A stretch of 64,000 nucleotides of DNA from positions 2,592,001 to 2,656,000 of the forward strand of contig CAXXKJ010000002.1 in NCBI GenBank assembly GCA_963675295.2. Reading direction: 5' to 3'. This stretch comes from a bacterium (GTDB taxonomy: Bacteria > Electryoneota > Electryoneia > Electryoneales > Electryoneaceae). Made by a program: the position numbers and the translations under genes. The notes beneath the pieces were generated by a model that saw nothing but the letters and a program-made list of their open reading frames with translations, ran no database searches and was not told where the DNA came from. Of this stretch, positions 49,081 through 59,349 are shown piece by piece; position 1 is the stretch's first letter, and each line of letters begins with the position of its first letter.

Positions 49081-49956
49081 TTACCCCTGCGATTCGCCCA
49101 GAACCGACTGTTCAATCTTGTGAAACTCGTCCACAATATCCAGGATCAGGTGTTCCAGCCCAGCTCGATCCAGGTTGAAATGTTCACTGTAGCCTTCGTC
49201 CAGAGTGTAGCACAAGGCATCAATGCCGGAGCCATATCCGATCGTGCGAGCGAGCAGATCGCCAACGTGGACAGCGTACACCAGCGGCGCCAGTTCAGCA
49301 GGTGCCGCCGATGGCTTGTGCGCAAACCGGATCGCGGTGATGATGCTATCCGGCAGACGCCACTGTCCGGCAATATGCGCGCCGACTTCATCCCTGTCGG
49401 TTCCGGTGATTTCACGTTCCAGTTCGATGAAATCGCCGTGTTCCGGATCGTCCAGCACATCCACGATCCGTTTGCTGTCCTTCTCCAGCGGATCAGACAT
49501 CACCACCATGCCGATGTTGAACAACAGGCCGGCGGTGTAAGCCAGGTCCGGACGCAGATCGGACTTCGCATGGCGTGCGACTTCCCGTGCGGCAATGGCT
49601 TCCTGCAGGCTGAATTTCCACAACGTGCCTTCGTGCTGCGCGTAACCCGCCATCGGGCGCTTCAGCAGCTCACCGGTGCTCATGCCGATCGCGAGGCTCA
49701 GGACGAGTCCTTCGCCGATCTGCAGGACCGCGCGGTTCACCGTTTCGATCTGGTGCCCGCGTGAAAACGCGGCGGAATTGGCCAGCTTCAGCACGTTTGC
49801 CGAGAGATAGACATCGGTTTCGATGACCTTTGCCACTTGGCGCAGGTCATGATCTTCGTCCGCCGCCAGCATCAACAACCTTGATGCGACTTCCGACAGC
49901 ATCGGCAACGCTTCGATTTCGCGCGCGATATCCGGGGGCAGATTTACAGTTCCCAT
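49081..49956 (-). CDS. HDOD domain protein (degenerate HD motif)
   Basis: LPML, IETD..LSANVLKLANSA, AYTAGLLFNIG, WRLPDSI..AIRFAH. Confidence 0.9.
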   Translation of the reverse strand: MGTVNLPPDIAREIEALPMLSEVASRLLMLAADEDHDLRQVAKVIETDVYLSANVLKLANSAAFSRGHQIETVNRAVLQIGEGLVLSLAIGMSTGELLKRPMAGYAQHEGTLWKFSLQEAIAAREVARHAKSDLRPDLAYTAGLLFNIGMVVMSDPLEKDSKRIVDVLDDPEHGDFIELEREITGTDRDEVGAHIAGQWRLPDSIITAIRFAHKPSAAPAELAPLVYAVHVGDLLARTIGYGSGIDALCYTLDEGYSEHFNLDRAGLEHLILDIVDEFHKIEQSVLGESQG

Positions 49957-50432
49957 TGGCCCCTCGCGGGTGAACTCAGGTACACTTTGCCAGCTTCGAT
50001 GTCGATGATCACGGTGCGGCTGATCTCGCCTCCGATGTGTTCAGCGATTGGACCCAGACGATACTTCCAGAGGATTTTCTTGGTCGCTAATATGTTACGT
50101 TTTCCAATGTTGAAGGTGGCATTCGGATCCATAATCGACGCGCCTCCGGCGAGCCGGATGGTGAGCCGGCCTTTCCCGTCCCAGCCAGCGCGCCGCATTC
50201 CTCTTAACAGCGCAGGAATGCCGGTATCCGCGAATGTACCAGGTTTCGCTTCGGCTCGTTTCTGATTGATGCTTGATTCTGGGAGTGCAATATGGAGCAA
50301 TCCCCATGCGCCACTCACCTTGTCGTGTGCAATGACACCAACACACGATCCGAGAGCCATCGTTTTAATCTGCTGTTGCGGATTTCGGGAGACACCGAAC
50401 TCGCCGATTCCGACGTAAATCGTGTCCTTCAT
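49944..50432 (-). CDS. cheD: Chemoreceptor glutamine deamidase CheD
   Basis: LGSCVG, HIALP, FADTGI, AGGA, IGKRN, GGEISR. Confidence 0.95.
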   Translation of the reverse strand: MKDTIYVGIGEFGVSRNPQQQIKTMALGSCVGVIAHDKVSGAWGLLHIALPESSINQKRAEAKPGTFADTGIPALLRGMRRAGWDGKGRLTIRLAGGASIMDPNATFNIGKRNILATKKILWKYRLGPIAEHIGGEISRTVIIDIEAGKVYLSSPARGQWEL

Positions 50433-51505
50433 CGGCGTTCTTCGGTTGAATGAACCGGTTTACGCAGGGCGTTCAGAATTGCCCCCGCTACATCTTGAAT
50501 CCCAACCTGCAACTCGACCCCGCCCAGCTGATAGGCTTCACGCGGCATGCCGTACACAACGGACGTTTCCTTGTCCTGGCCGATAGTCCTGGCACCACGT
50601 TTCCTCATCGCCAGCATGCCCTTGTCTCCATCGCGACCCATCCCGGTCAGAATGGCACCGACGGCGTTCGGACCCACGTGTTCCGCAACGGATTGAAACA
50701 ACACTTCGACAGAAGGCCGGTGGCCACTGACTTTTTCCTCGTGGCTCAGCTTGACCTTGTAGATACCGCCGGAGCGAACGACGCGCATGTGGTAATCACC
50801 GGGCGCGATTAATACTCGTCCGGACAGGACGCGGTCATCATCCCGTGCCTCCTGCACAGTCATTTCCGATTGCGAGTTCAGTCGTTCCGCGAACATGGCG
50901 GTGAACCCTGGCGGCATATGCTGCACGATGACGACGCCGGGCGTGTTTGCCGGCAGAGCGGTGATCACGGTTCGCAAGGCTTCCGTGCCACCGGTGGATG
51001 CGCCAATCGCAATCACCTTATCTGTGGATTCGGCAAGGGCGGTTGTTCGTGGACGTGGGGCCGGAGCCTTTTTCAGGCCTGCCAGACGTTTCCAGTGACT
51101 GACATCGACCTGCGCGGCGCCCTTGACCTTTTCGCGGAGGTCATCGAGCATGTCCTCCATGCCGCGGGCAACATCCGCTTTCGGTTTGGCAACAATGTCC
51201 ACCGCGCCGGCTTCCATCGCTTCGAGCGTTATCTGTTTGCCACGTTCGGTTAACGAACTGACCATAACCGTCGGTATCGGATACTGCGGCATGAGGCGGC
51301 GGAGGAATTCGACGCCGTCCATCCGCGGCATTTCGACATCGAGCGTGAGCACATTGGGCTTCAGCTGGATAATCTTGTCACGTGCCTGGTACGGATCACC
51401 AGCCGCACCCAGCACCTCGATATCATCATCCTTGGCCAGCCCTCGAGTGAGGATCTGACGGATCAACGCGGAGTCGTCAATGACCAATACGCGTGCTTTC
51501 TTCAC
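50429..51505 (-). CDS. cheB: Chemotaxis methylesterase CheB (REC + esterase)
   Basis: TLDVEMP, GASTGG, VQHMP, HRPSV, LTGMGRDG, VVYGMP. Confidence 0.97.
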   Translation of the reverse strand: MKKARVLVIDDSALIRQILTRGLAKDDDIEVLGAAGDPYQARDKIIQLKPNVLTLDVEMPRMDGVEFLRRLMPQYPIPTVMVSSLTERGKQITLEAMEAGAVDIVAKPKADVARGMEDMLDDLREKVKGAAQVDVSHWKRLAGLKKAPAPRPRTTALAESTDKVIAIGASTGGTEALRTVITALPANTPGVVIVQHMPPGFTAMFAERLNSQSEMTVQEARDDDRVLSGRVLIAPGDYHMRVVRSGGIYKVKLSHEEKVSGHRPSVEVLFQSVAEHVGPNAVGAILTGMGRDGDKGMLAMRKRGARTIGQDKETSVVYGMPREAYQLGGVELQVGIQDVAGAILNALRKPVHSTEERR

Positions 51506-52350
51506 CTCGCCTCCGTGCGCCGGTACAATGCCGGGATTACATAGTCGAACAGAGCGTGATTCCGACCCAGGGTTTCCGAGTGACCGATGAACAGCAAGCC
51601 GCCCGGATCGAGGAATTTGCCAAATTTCTTCAGCAGTTCATCGCGCGTCGGCTGGTCGAAATAGATCATCACGTTGCGGCAGAAGATCGCCTGGAAGGTG
51701 CTTTTGAACGGGAAACTGGGACGCATCAGGTTCAGCCGCCGATGCAACAGCATCTTTTTCAGGCTGGGATCGATCTGGTATTCCCCGTTAGGCTGCTTCT
51801 TGAAATACTTGTTCTTCAACGCTGGGGGCATGTGGCTGATGTTTTCCTGCCGGTAGATTCCAGCTTCAGCCTTGGCCAACGCGACGGTGGAAATGTCCGT
51901 CGCCAGCAGGCCGACGTCCCACGCAGCGGCTTCCCGTCCCAACGCTTCCTTGATCAGGATCGCCAGCATGTACGACTCTTCGCCAGAGGAACAGCCGGCA
52001 ATCCAGATCCGGATCTTCTTCTGGTTGCGTGCCCGTTGCTGCTGTATCAGTTTCGGCAGGAATTCGTCCCGGAAGAACACGAAATGGTCGGGTTCACGCC
52101 AGAAATAGGTGTGGTTTGTCGAGATCCGGTCGACCAGCTGACTCAACGACTTGCCGGTATCATCCTTTTCAACGGCCTGGATATAGTCCTGGAAGCTGGC
52201 AAAGCCACCTTCACGAAGGACCTTGTTCAACCGTCCGGTGACGAGAGCCCGTTTCTGCTCCGTCAGATTGATCCCGAACCGGCTGTAAACGAGTTCACGA
52301 ATCTGCTTGAACTCTTTATCGTTGATTGTCGCTGTACCGACCATGTGCAA
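51502..52350 (-). CDS. cheR: Chemotaxis methyltransferase CheR
   Basis: TNHTYFWRE, AGCSSGEESY, ATDIS, FCRNVMIYF, GHSE. Confidence 0.97.
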   Translation of the reverse strand: MHMVGTATINDKEFKQIRELVYSRFGINLTEQKRALVTGRLNKVLREGGFASFQDYIQAVEKDDTGKSLSQLVDRISTNHTYFWREPDHFVFFRDEFLPKLIQQQRARNQKKIRIWIAGCSSGEESYMLAILIKEALGREAAAWDVGLLATDISTVALAKAEAGIYRQENISHMPPALKNKYFKKQPNGEYQIDPSLKKMLLHRRLNLMRPSFPFKSTFQAIFCRNVMIYFDQPTRDELLKKFGKFLDPGGLLFIGHSETLGRNHALFDYVIPALYRRTEAR

Positions 52351-52378
52351 CCCGGAAAAACGTTAGTATCAGGCCACC

Positions 52379-54793
52379 TCAAACGCGGGCAGTTTCCATT
52401 TCCTTGTGGCTTTCTTTTCGGTTCACCTGCTTCATGATCCCGCCGATGTCAAGGATCAGGCAGATGCCGCCATCGCCAAGGATCGTGCAGCCGGAAACGC
52501 ACGGTTGATCGGTGATGTAGTCGCTCAAGCCCTTGATCACGATCTGATGCTGTCCGAGCAATTCATCCACGAACAAGCCGAACTGCTGTCCGTCCACCTC
52601 CAGGATGGTCACAATGCCTTTAGTCAGGTCCGGTGAATCCGCCTCGACGCTGAACTGATCGTGCAAGCGGATGACCGGAATCAGATCGTCGCGAACACGG
52701 ATAATCTCCCGTCCTTCCATCGGACGGGTGATCATGTCCTCGGTTACCTGCAACGATTCGCTGATCGTGGTGATCGGGATGACGTATTTTTCCTTGCCGA
52801 CACGTAACAGCATGCCGTCAATGATCGCCAGCGTCAGCGGGATCCGCAGGACGACTTCCGACCCCTGCCCCGCTTCAGATTTGACATCCACTTTACCCCG
52901 GATAGATTCCAGGTTCCGGCGGACAACATCCATTCCGACGCCACGGCCGGAAACGTCCGTCACCTTTTCCGCCGTCGAGAAACCCGGTTGGAAAATCAGC
53001 TGCCAGACTTCGTCGTCCGGCATCGCTTCAGCTTCTTCCGGATTGACGATGCCGCGTTCCAGCGCCTTGTTCAGGATGCGATCCCGGTCAAGGCCTTTGC
53101 CATCATCCTTGATCGAAATCCAAACCTCGCCGCCGACGTAGTACGCGCGGATGGCAACGTGACCCGTGGCTGACTTACCCGCATCTTCACGGTCTTTCGG
53201 TGACTCGATGCCATGGTCGATGGAGTTGCGCAGGATGTGAACCAGCGGATCGGTGATGTTCTCGATCACCGTCTTGTCGACCTCGGTTTCCTCACCTTCG
53301 ATCGTTAGCTCAACCTTTTTCTTGGACTTCTGCGCGACGTCCCGTACCAGGCGGAACATGCGTCGGAAGGTTCCGGAAAGCGGGATCATCCGGATGGAGG
53401 TGGAAATGTCCTGCAGGTCGCGAGTAATCTTGTTCAACTGCATCACCGCGCGTTCAAACCGGTCGAGCGGAATGTCGACATCCTGTAGATCCGGGTTTTG
53501 CGCGACCATCGCTTCCGCGATCACCAGCTCCCCGACCAGGTCAAGCAGCCGGTCGACCTTTTCCACATCAACACGCACCGACTGACGTTGCGCCGCCGGT
53601 TGCTGGGCTGCGGGAGGCGCTGCCGGTTTTGCAGCCCCGTTGGCGGCTGCCGGCTTGGGAGCCGGTTTAGCAGCAGGCTTTGCAACGGGAGTGGCCGGAG
53701 CGGCAGCCTTCGGTTTCTCCGTTTCAGCCGCTGGCTCAGCTTTCGGTTCGGGCGCGGGCTGTTTCGCTTCCGGTGCGGCGGCGGCAGTCTTTGGCTTCGC
53801 CTTTTCCTTCCGCTGCGCCTGCATGACTTCCTTGCCGACCGTGTCCTCGAGCAGATGCAACAGGCCCGGCGCGGCCGGAATGCTGCCATTGCCAGTATCC
53901 GGCACGGTTTTCAAGGTATTCCGCAAGAAGTCGATGATCTCCAGCAACAGGCTGACAGTCGCCGGGTTATAGTCAACTTTCTTGTTGCGGTACAGATCAA
54001 GAACAGTCTCCGCGCCGTTTGCCAGCGCCATCATGTCCTTGAAGTCAACAAACCCGCAGTTGCCTTTGAAACTGTGCAGCGCGCGGAAGGCTTCCTGCAG
54101 TGCGCTCTCTTCGTCCGTGTTTTTTTCGAAACGAATCAGGCATTCTTCAGCGGTTTGCAGCTGTTCTTCGGACTCCGTCGCAAACTGACTCAGGATTTCA
54201 GGAGTAATCGGAATCGAGTTAACCTCAGGAGGTTCTTCAACGACCTCCTCATCCGCCGATTCCGCTTCGGGCTCCTCAGTCGAGTCAGCTGTCTCTTCAG
54301 CAACGACCTCGAACATGTCCTCCGCTCGCACTACCGGGCCGTCGTCCTCTTCATCATCGCCACCCTTCAACGCGGCGATTTCCTTCCGGAGTTCGGCGGC
54401 TACCTGATCGGCTTCGTCTTCGTGACCTTCTTCGTGATACACGCTGTCGATCTGATCGAGTAGCTTGCGCAGGAAATCGCTTGCGCGATTGATGAGGTCG
54501 ATATGGGCGGGTGTAAGCTTGCCCTGCCCCTTACGGAACAGGTCGAGCAGTGTCTCCGCTTCGTGCGTCACTCTGCTGATCAACGTCAGGTCGAGGAAGC
54601 CGGCACCACCCTTCAACGAGTGAAACAAACGGAAAATGGTGTTGATGGTTTCCGGATCAATGTCGCCGGATTCATCTTCCGCCGCCTGGCTTTCCAGTTC
54701 GATAATCAACGGTTCCGCGTCGTCGATCAGTTCACGGCCTTCTTCGACGAAGCTCTGCAACAATTCCCGTTGCTCTTGTTCTTCGGGAGTCAT
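52379..54793 (-). CDS. cheA: Chemotaxis histidine kinase CheA with two Hpt domains
   Basis: FHSLKGGAG and LHSFKGNCG Hpt sites; LLDLVGELVI, HILRNSIDHG, DDGKG, GFST, SGRGVGMDVV; CheW-like P5. Confidence 0.97.
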   Translation of the reverse strand: MTPEEQEQRELLQSFVEEGRELIDDAEPLIIELESQAAEDESGDIDPETINTIFRLFHSLKGGAGFLDLTLISRVTHEAETLLDLFRKGQGKLTPAHIDLINRASDFLRKLLDQIDSVYHEEGHEDEADQVAAELRKEIAALKGGDDEEDDGPVVRAEDMFEVVAEETADSTEEPEAESADEEVVEEPPEVNSIPITPEILSQFATESEEQLQTAEECLIRFEKNTDEESALQEAFRALHSFKGNCGFVDFKDMMALANGAETVLDLYRNKKVDYNPATVSLLLEIIDFLRNTLKTVPDTGNGSIPAAPGLLHLLEDTVGKEVMQAQRKEKAKPKTAAAAPEAKQPAPEPKAEPAAETEKPKAAAPATPVAKPAAKPAPKPAAANGAAKPAAPPAAQQPAAQRQSVRVDVEKVDRLLDLVGELVIAEAMVAQNPDLQDVDIPLDRFERAVMQLNKITRDLQDISTSIRMIPLSGTFRRMFRLVRDVAQKSKKKVELTIEGEETEVDKTVIENITDPLVHILRNSIDHGIESPKDREDAGKSATGHVAIRAYYVGGEVWISIKDDGKGLDRDRILNKALERGIVNPEEAEAMPDDEVWQLIFQPGFSTAEKVTDVSGRGVGMDVVRRNLESIRGKVDVKSEAGQGSEVVLRIPLTLAIIDGMLLRVGKEKYVIPITTISESLQVTEDMITRPMEGREIIRVRDDLIPVIRLHDQFSVEADSPDLTKGIVTILEVDGQQFGLFVDELLGQHQIVIKGLSDYITDQPCVSGCTILGDGGICLILDIGGIMKQVNRKESHKEMETARV

Positions 54794-55019
54794 GTCCCCA
54801 CCCCATAGTTACCGCTTAATCTTACGATAGTGTAAATTGTGTTCCCGAATTGGCTAATGCAAGTCTCATCGGGGCTTCCGGAGTCAAAATTCTAAAAGCG
54901 AGAGCACTCTAATGAGAGTATTCGACAATCTGCTGAAAAATGGGATTTACGGTGGGGACTTGTGGTCGGAGAGAACGGCCATTGGCCGGTACTGCTGTCA
55001 GCGAAAAGCTTTCAGCAGA

Positions 55020-55478
55020 TTACCGGCCCTCTTCTTCGCGAGCTTTCTTGGCAGCGATACTCAGCGTTGCATGCGGTACCGCTTCGAGTCGAGCGTATTC
55101 AATGGGGAGACCGGTGTCCATGCAATAGCCATACGTACCGGCCTTCATGCGGTCGAGTGCGGCCAGCAGACTGCGCAGGAATTTGTGTTCGCGCTGGGCA
55201 AACAGCAGGGCCTTTTCACGTTCCTGAGCGTCCGTACCCTGGTCAGCCATGTGGAGGCTGTAGGTGGAACTGTCGCCAGAGTATTCATCCAACGGTTTCA
55301 ACGAGCTCTCTTCGAGGTAGCCGAGCTCCTTCTTCACGGCTTCAACCTTCTGCAGGATGATTCCGCGGAAGTAGTCCTGATCCTCCGGCCGGTAACGGCG
55401 GACGCCGTCATCGTAATCAACCTTCGGGCTCCAACCGCTTTCCGACTTGCCAGCGCTTTTCTTCTCTTTTTCACTCAT
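55020..55478 (-). CDS. TraR/DksA family transcription factor (single-Cys variant)
   Basis: HMADQGTD tip, ALDRM..GTYGYCMDTG.PI..ARLEAVPHA. Confidence 0.9.
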   Translation of the reverse strand: MSEKEKKSAGKSESGWSPKVDYDDGVRRYRPEDQDYFRGIILQKVEAVKKELGYLEESSLKPLDEYSGDSSTYSLHMADQGTDAQEREKALLFAQREHKFLRSLLAALDRMKAGTYGYCMDTGLPIEYARLEAVPHATLSIAAKKAREEEGR

Positions 55479-55495
55479 CCAACTGACTCCATCAC

Positions 55496-58400
55496 TTAAC
55501 CGGCAGCCGGTTCAACGACCAGCCGCACAGCCTTGTCGTTCACATCCAGCGTGTCCGAAGAATCTTCAAGCTCTTGAACATCAACGCGAATTGCAAGTAC
55601 TTCCCGCTCAATGAGGGCTCGATGTTGCTCGACTGCCTCCCTCAGCTCCCCATCAGCGAACACTTGCAGGTTGATTCGCTGTGTCACCTCAAACTGAAGG
55701 TCTTTCCGCTTGTTCTGAATCCGGTTGATCAGCTCGCGAACGTAGCCTTCCGCCTTCAGCTCTTCGTTCAGGCGTGTGTCAAGCGCGAGCAGAACATTCC
55801 CGTCTTCGTTGACTTCCAGGTAGTCCGGCGCTTCCTGGCTCAGCATCACATCATCTGGACCGAAGTCTTCACCATCCAGGGTGACCGTCTCGCCAGCAGC
55901 CCAGGCCGCGGTCGTGGACGGGTCCGAGTTGATGATCTTCGGCGCCCAGACCTTGACGTCCTTTCCGAAGCGCGGACCGAGGGTAACGAAGTTCGGTTTC
56001 GCCCGGAAGGTGACAAGATCGCTGGCGGAATCGGCAAACTCCAACTCCCGGATGTTCAATTCATCGAGCACCAGTTCCCGCAGGTCGGAGAGCATCTCGC
56101 GCTGTGTTTCCTCAGCGACGAGAATCAACTTTGCCAGCGGCTGCCGCACCTTGAGCCGTGCCGCTTCACGCGCGGAACGTCCAGCGGTGACCACCGCGCG
56201 GGCGTAATCCATGTTTGCCTTGATCGTGTCATCCCGCAACGATTCATCAGCTTTCGGCCAGGTATCGAGGTGAATCGAATCGTGCGCATCCTTACTATGG
56301 CCACGCACCAGGTTCTGGTACATGATCTCGCTGATGAACGGTGCGAACGGCGCGAGTACCCGGATGAAACCGGTCAGAACGTCGTACAGCGTGCGATACG
56401 CGCGGTGCTTGTCGCCCAACTGGTCGGATTTCCAGAAACGGCGTCGGCTGCGGCGAATGTACCAGTTCGTCAGCCGGTCAACGAAGTCGGTGATCGCCGC
56501 GGCTGCGGGCATCACGTCGTAGCCTTCCAGCTTTTCAGTAACTTCGGTGACGAGGTCGTTGTAGGCTGTCAGGATCCAACGGTCGATCGGGGTCCGGTCG
56601 GACATCTCGTAGTCCGCGTTTGGATCCCAGCCGTCCACGTTGGCGTAGGTTACAAAGAAGCTGTACGCATTCCACAACGGGATGAGCACCTGCTTCAGGC
56701 TATCCTTGAGCGCTTCTTCACCGAACCGGACGGGCAACCACGGGTTGTTGCGGAAGAACGACCAGCGCACCGCGTCCGCGCCATATTGTTCCATGATCGG
56801 AATCGGCGGGACGACATTCCCCTTTGACTTCGACATCTTCTGCCCTTCCTCGTCGAGTACGAGGTTGGTGCAGATCACGTTCTTATATGACGACCAGCGG
56901 TCCTTGTCGTCATCGTCTCGTGCAATCGCGAGCAAGGTGCTCGCCGCGAGCAGGCTGTAGAACCAGCCTCGGGTCTGGTCGAGACCCTCGCAGATGAAAT
57001 CCGCCGGGTACTGGTGGTTGAAGTAGTCGACCGATCCCTCGGCCGCCGGGTAACCGATCTGGCCCCACGGCATGATGCCGGCGTTGAACCAGCTGTCGAG
57101 CACGAAGTTTTCGCGATGCAGCTCGACTCCAGACTCGGTCCGCAGTATGACATCATCAATGCGCGGTTTGTGGATGTCGGCGTCTGCCGCGAATGGCTCA
57201 TCTCCCTGCCGCTTGAGGTGCTCGTTCAGCTCTTCGATGGACTTCACGACGACGACGTGTCCGTTGTCTTCGCTGGTCCACACCGGCAGCGGCGAACCCC
57301 AGAATCGTTCACGGGTGATGTTCCAATCGATCACATTTTCCAACCACTTGCCGAAGCGGCCTTCACGTATGTGATCGGGAATCCAGTTGATCCGTTCGTT
57401 GGCGGCGAGCATTTCGTCCCGCATCGCCGTTGCGCGGATAAACCAGCCAGGCCGCGGAAAATACACCAGCGGCGTGCCGGTCTTGTAATTGAATGGGTAG
57501 GTGTGTTCGTGCTTTTCCTTGGCGAACAGCATCCCACGGGCAGCGAGGCTCTTGAGGATTTCGATCTCGAGATCGTCGTCCTTGAACCAGCGTCCCAGCC
57601 ACTCCGGTTCACCCTCAACGACTTCACCGGCTTCGTTGACACGGAGCGTGAAGTCGAGCTTGTGCTGCTTGATCAAGCGGTAGTCGTCCTCACCGTACGG
57701 TGCGAGGTGAACCAGCCCGGTACCGTCGTCGGCGGTGACGTAGTCGTCCGCGATCACGAAATGCCCGTTCTGGTCGCCGGACAAAGCCTGGAACTCCCAC
57801 AGCGGCTGGTACTTCGTTCCGGCGAGCTCGGTACCGCTGAAGGTCGCTTCGATCTCGAAGTTGTCCGCACCACCGAGAAAGTTGCTCAGGGCCTCGAGGC
57901 GTGACTTGGCGAGGATCAGGCGTTCACCGGCTTTGTTGAGGCCGTTGTTCGCGTCCTCTTTGATTCGGATGCGGACGTAGGTCAGGGACGGCCCGGCGGC
58001 GACGGCGATGTTGCTCAGCAGCGTCCACGCGGTCGTTGTCCAAACGACCAGCTTGGTGTTCTCCTGCCCGATTACCGGCATCTTGGCAAACAGGGACAGC
58101 TCAGTGACTTCCTTGTATCCCTGGGCGACCTCGAAGTTCGACAAGGTCGTGCCCTGGGTCGGGCACCACGCACTGACACGATAGTCCTTGTACAGGAACC
58201 GGTCGTTCCCGGCGAGGTTGGTGCGGTCGGCGAACTGCGGCTTGACCTTTGTGTTCCACGCCTGCTTCAGCACCCACCAGTCGCTCTGGATGTAATCGTT
58301 GGTGTAGGTCGCGTAAAACTCGTCCAGATCGAGGAAACGGCCAACACGGTGAATCGCTTCTTCCCACGTGCTCTTGAACCGGAAGACCGTTTCGCGGCAG

Positions 58401-58783
58401 TAATCGACGTACTTCTGCACGCCGTACGCTTCGATATCCCGCTTGGACGCCAGCCCGAGGTCACGGTCGGCGGTCAACTCGATCGGGAGGCCGTGTGTGT
58501 CCCACCCGGCCTTGCGTAGCACACGCCGGCCCTTCATCGTTTCGTAACGCGGCCACAAGTCCTTCAACGCGGACTGCATCAGGTGGCCGATGTGCGGCGG
58601 CCCGTTGGTTCCCGGAGGGCCATCGTAGAACACCCAGTCCTGCCCATCCTTGCGTTCGTCGATCGTGCGCTGGAAGATGTTCTCCTTCTTCCATTGATCG
58701 AGGATGGCATGGTCCTGTTTCGGAAAGTCCGGGGGATTGGGTACCGGCGCAAACATCGTGTGGCGGGCTTTATCGTCAGTCAT
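55496..58783 (-). CDS. ileS: Isoleucine--tRNA ligase, type 2
   Basis: DGPP..NG.PHIGH, GWDTHGLP, DWNITRERFWG, EGLDQTRGWF, KMSKS, NWYIRRSRRRF; IleRS2-type C-terminus without a zinc finger. Confidence 0.96.
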   Translation of the reverse strand: MTDDKARHTMFAPVPNPPDFPKQDHAILDQWKKENIFQRTIDERKDGQDWVFYDGPPGTNGPPHIGHLMQSALKDLWPRYETMKGRRVLRKAGWDTHGLPIELTADRDLGLASKRDIEAYGVQKYVDYCRETVFRFKSTWEEAIHRVGRFLDLDEFYATYTNDYIQSDWWVLKQAWNTKVKPQFADRTNLAGNDRFLYKDYRVSAWCPTQGTTLSNFEVAQGYKEVTELSLFAKMPVIGQENTKLVVWTTTAWTLLSNIAVAAGPSLTYVRIRIKEDANNGLNKAGERLILAKSRLEALSNFLGGADNFEIEATFSGTELAGTKYQPLWEFQALSGDQNGHFVIADDYVTADDGTGLVHLAPYGEDDYRLIKQHKLDFTLRVNEAGEVVEGEPEWLGRWFKDDDLEIEILKSLAARGMLFAKEKHEHTYPFNYKTGTPLVYFPRPGWFIRATAMRDEMLAANERINWIPDHIREGRFGKWLENVIDWNITRERFWGSPLPVWTSEDNGHVVVVKSIEELNEHLKRQGDEPFAADADIHKPRIDDVILRTESGVELHRENFVLDSWFNAGIMPWGQIGYPAAEGSVDYFNHQYPADFICEGLDQTRGWFYSLLAASTLLAIARDDDDKDRWSSYKNVICTNLVLDEEGQKMSKSKGNVVPPIPIMEQYGADAVRWSFFRNNPWLPVRFGEEALKDSLKQVLIPLWNAYSFFVTYANVDGWDPNADYEMSDRTPIDRWILTAYNDLVTEVTEKLEGYDVMPAAAAITDFVDRLTNWYIRRSRRRFWKSDQLGDKHRAYRTLYDVLTGFIRVLAPFAPFISEIMYQNLVRGHSKDAHDSIHLDTWPKADESLRDDTIKANMDYARAVVTAGRSAREAARLKVRQPLAKLILVAEETQREMLSDLRELVLDELNIRELEFADSASDLVTFRAKPNFVTLGPRFGKDVKVWAPKIINSDPSTTAAWAAGETVTLDGEDFGPDDVMLSQEAPDYLEVNEDGNVLLALDTRLNEELKAEGYVRELINRIQNKRKDLQFEVTQRINLQVFADGELREAVEQHRALIEREVLAIRVDVQELEDSSDTLDVNDKAVRLVVEPAAG

Positions 58784-58790
58784 AAACTCT

Positions 58791-59342
58791 CTAGCGGGCA
58801 TTCCCGTGTTGTGGATCTCGGGGTGAGCGTTCTGTCTTCGCGTCACCGGAGGTGTCCCCGGGCGCGTGGTTATCGTCCAGAACCCGGTCGAGCGGGTCCT
58901 GTTCGAGGATTTCCAGCAAGTCCACCTGGTTCCTGAGGACGTGCTTCAAGGTCAGAATGAACGAACGCCGCTGGCCTTCCAGCCGGGCGATGTCGTCTTC
59001 AATCTGCTGCCGTTGGCGGCGGCTGTCCGTGATGATCTGCTCGGCTTCCAGCTGCGCACTCTGCACCAGCAGGTCTGCCTCGCGGCTTGAGCGATCCTCC
59101 GCCTCGCGGGCAGCCTTTGTCGCGCTCATCGCGGCGTCCTGCAAGCTGGTTTCCATCTGCTGGTAATCCTGCAGCCTGGTCTGCAACGTCGCCAGTTGTT
59201 TGTTCAGCGACTGATTTTCGTTGATCGCCTGCTCGTACGCATCTGCCACCGATTCGAGGAAGCTGCGGACCTCGTCCAGGTCGTAGCCACGCATCTGCCG
59301 GCTAAACTCCTGCTTGCGTACATCCAGCGGTGTCAGCTTCAT
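58791..59342 (-). CDS. divIVA: DivIVA domain protein
   Basis: MKLTPLDVRKQEFSRQMRGYDLDEVRSFL plus coiled coil. Confidence 0.9.
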   Translation of the reverse strand: MKLTPLDVRKQEFSRQMRGYDLDEVRSFLESVADAYEQAINENQSLNKQLATLQTRLQDYQQMETSLQDAAMSATKAAREAEDRSSREADLLVQSAQLEAEQIITDSRRQRQQIEDDIARLEGQRRSFILTLKHVLRNQVDLLEILEQDPLDRVLDDNHAPGDTSGDAKTERSPRDPQHGNAR

Positions 59343-59349
59343 GGCGGCC

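Noticed and set aside
54865-54897. Possible sigma28 promoter (TAGA...CCCGATGA, minus strand) upstream of cheA
   Set aside because: Spacer is 17 nt rather than about 15 and both boxes have mismatches; too weak to call
54901-54924. CIRCE-like GAGCACTC...GAGTATTC upstream of cheA
   Set aside because: Spacing is 6 nt rather than 9, the arms deviate from TTAGCACTC/GAGTGCTAA, and it is not at a chaperone gene
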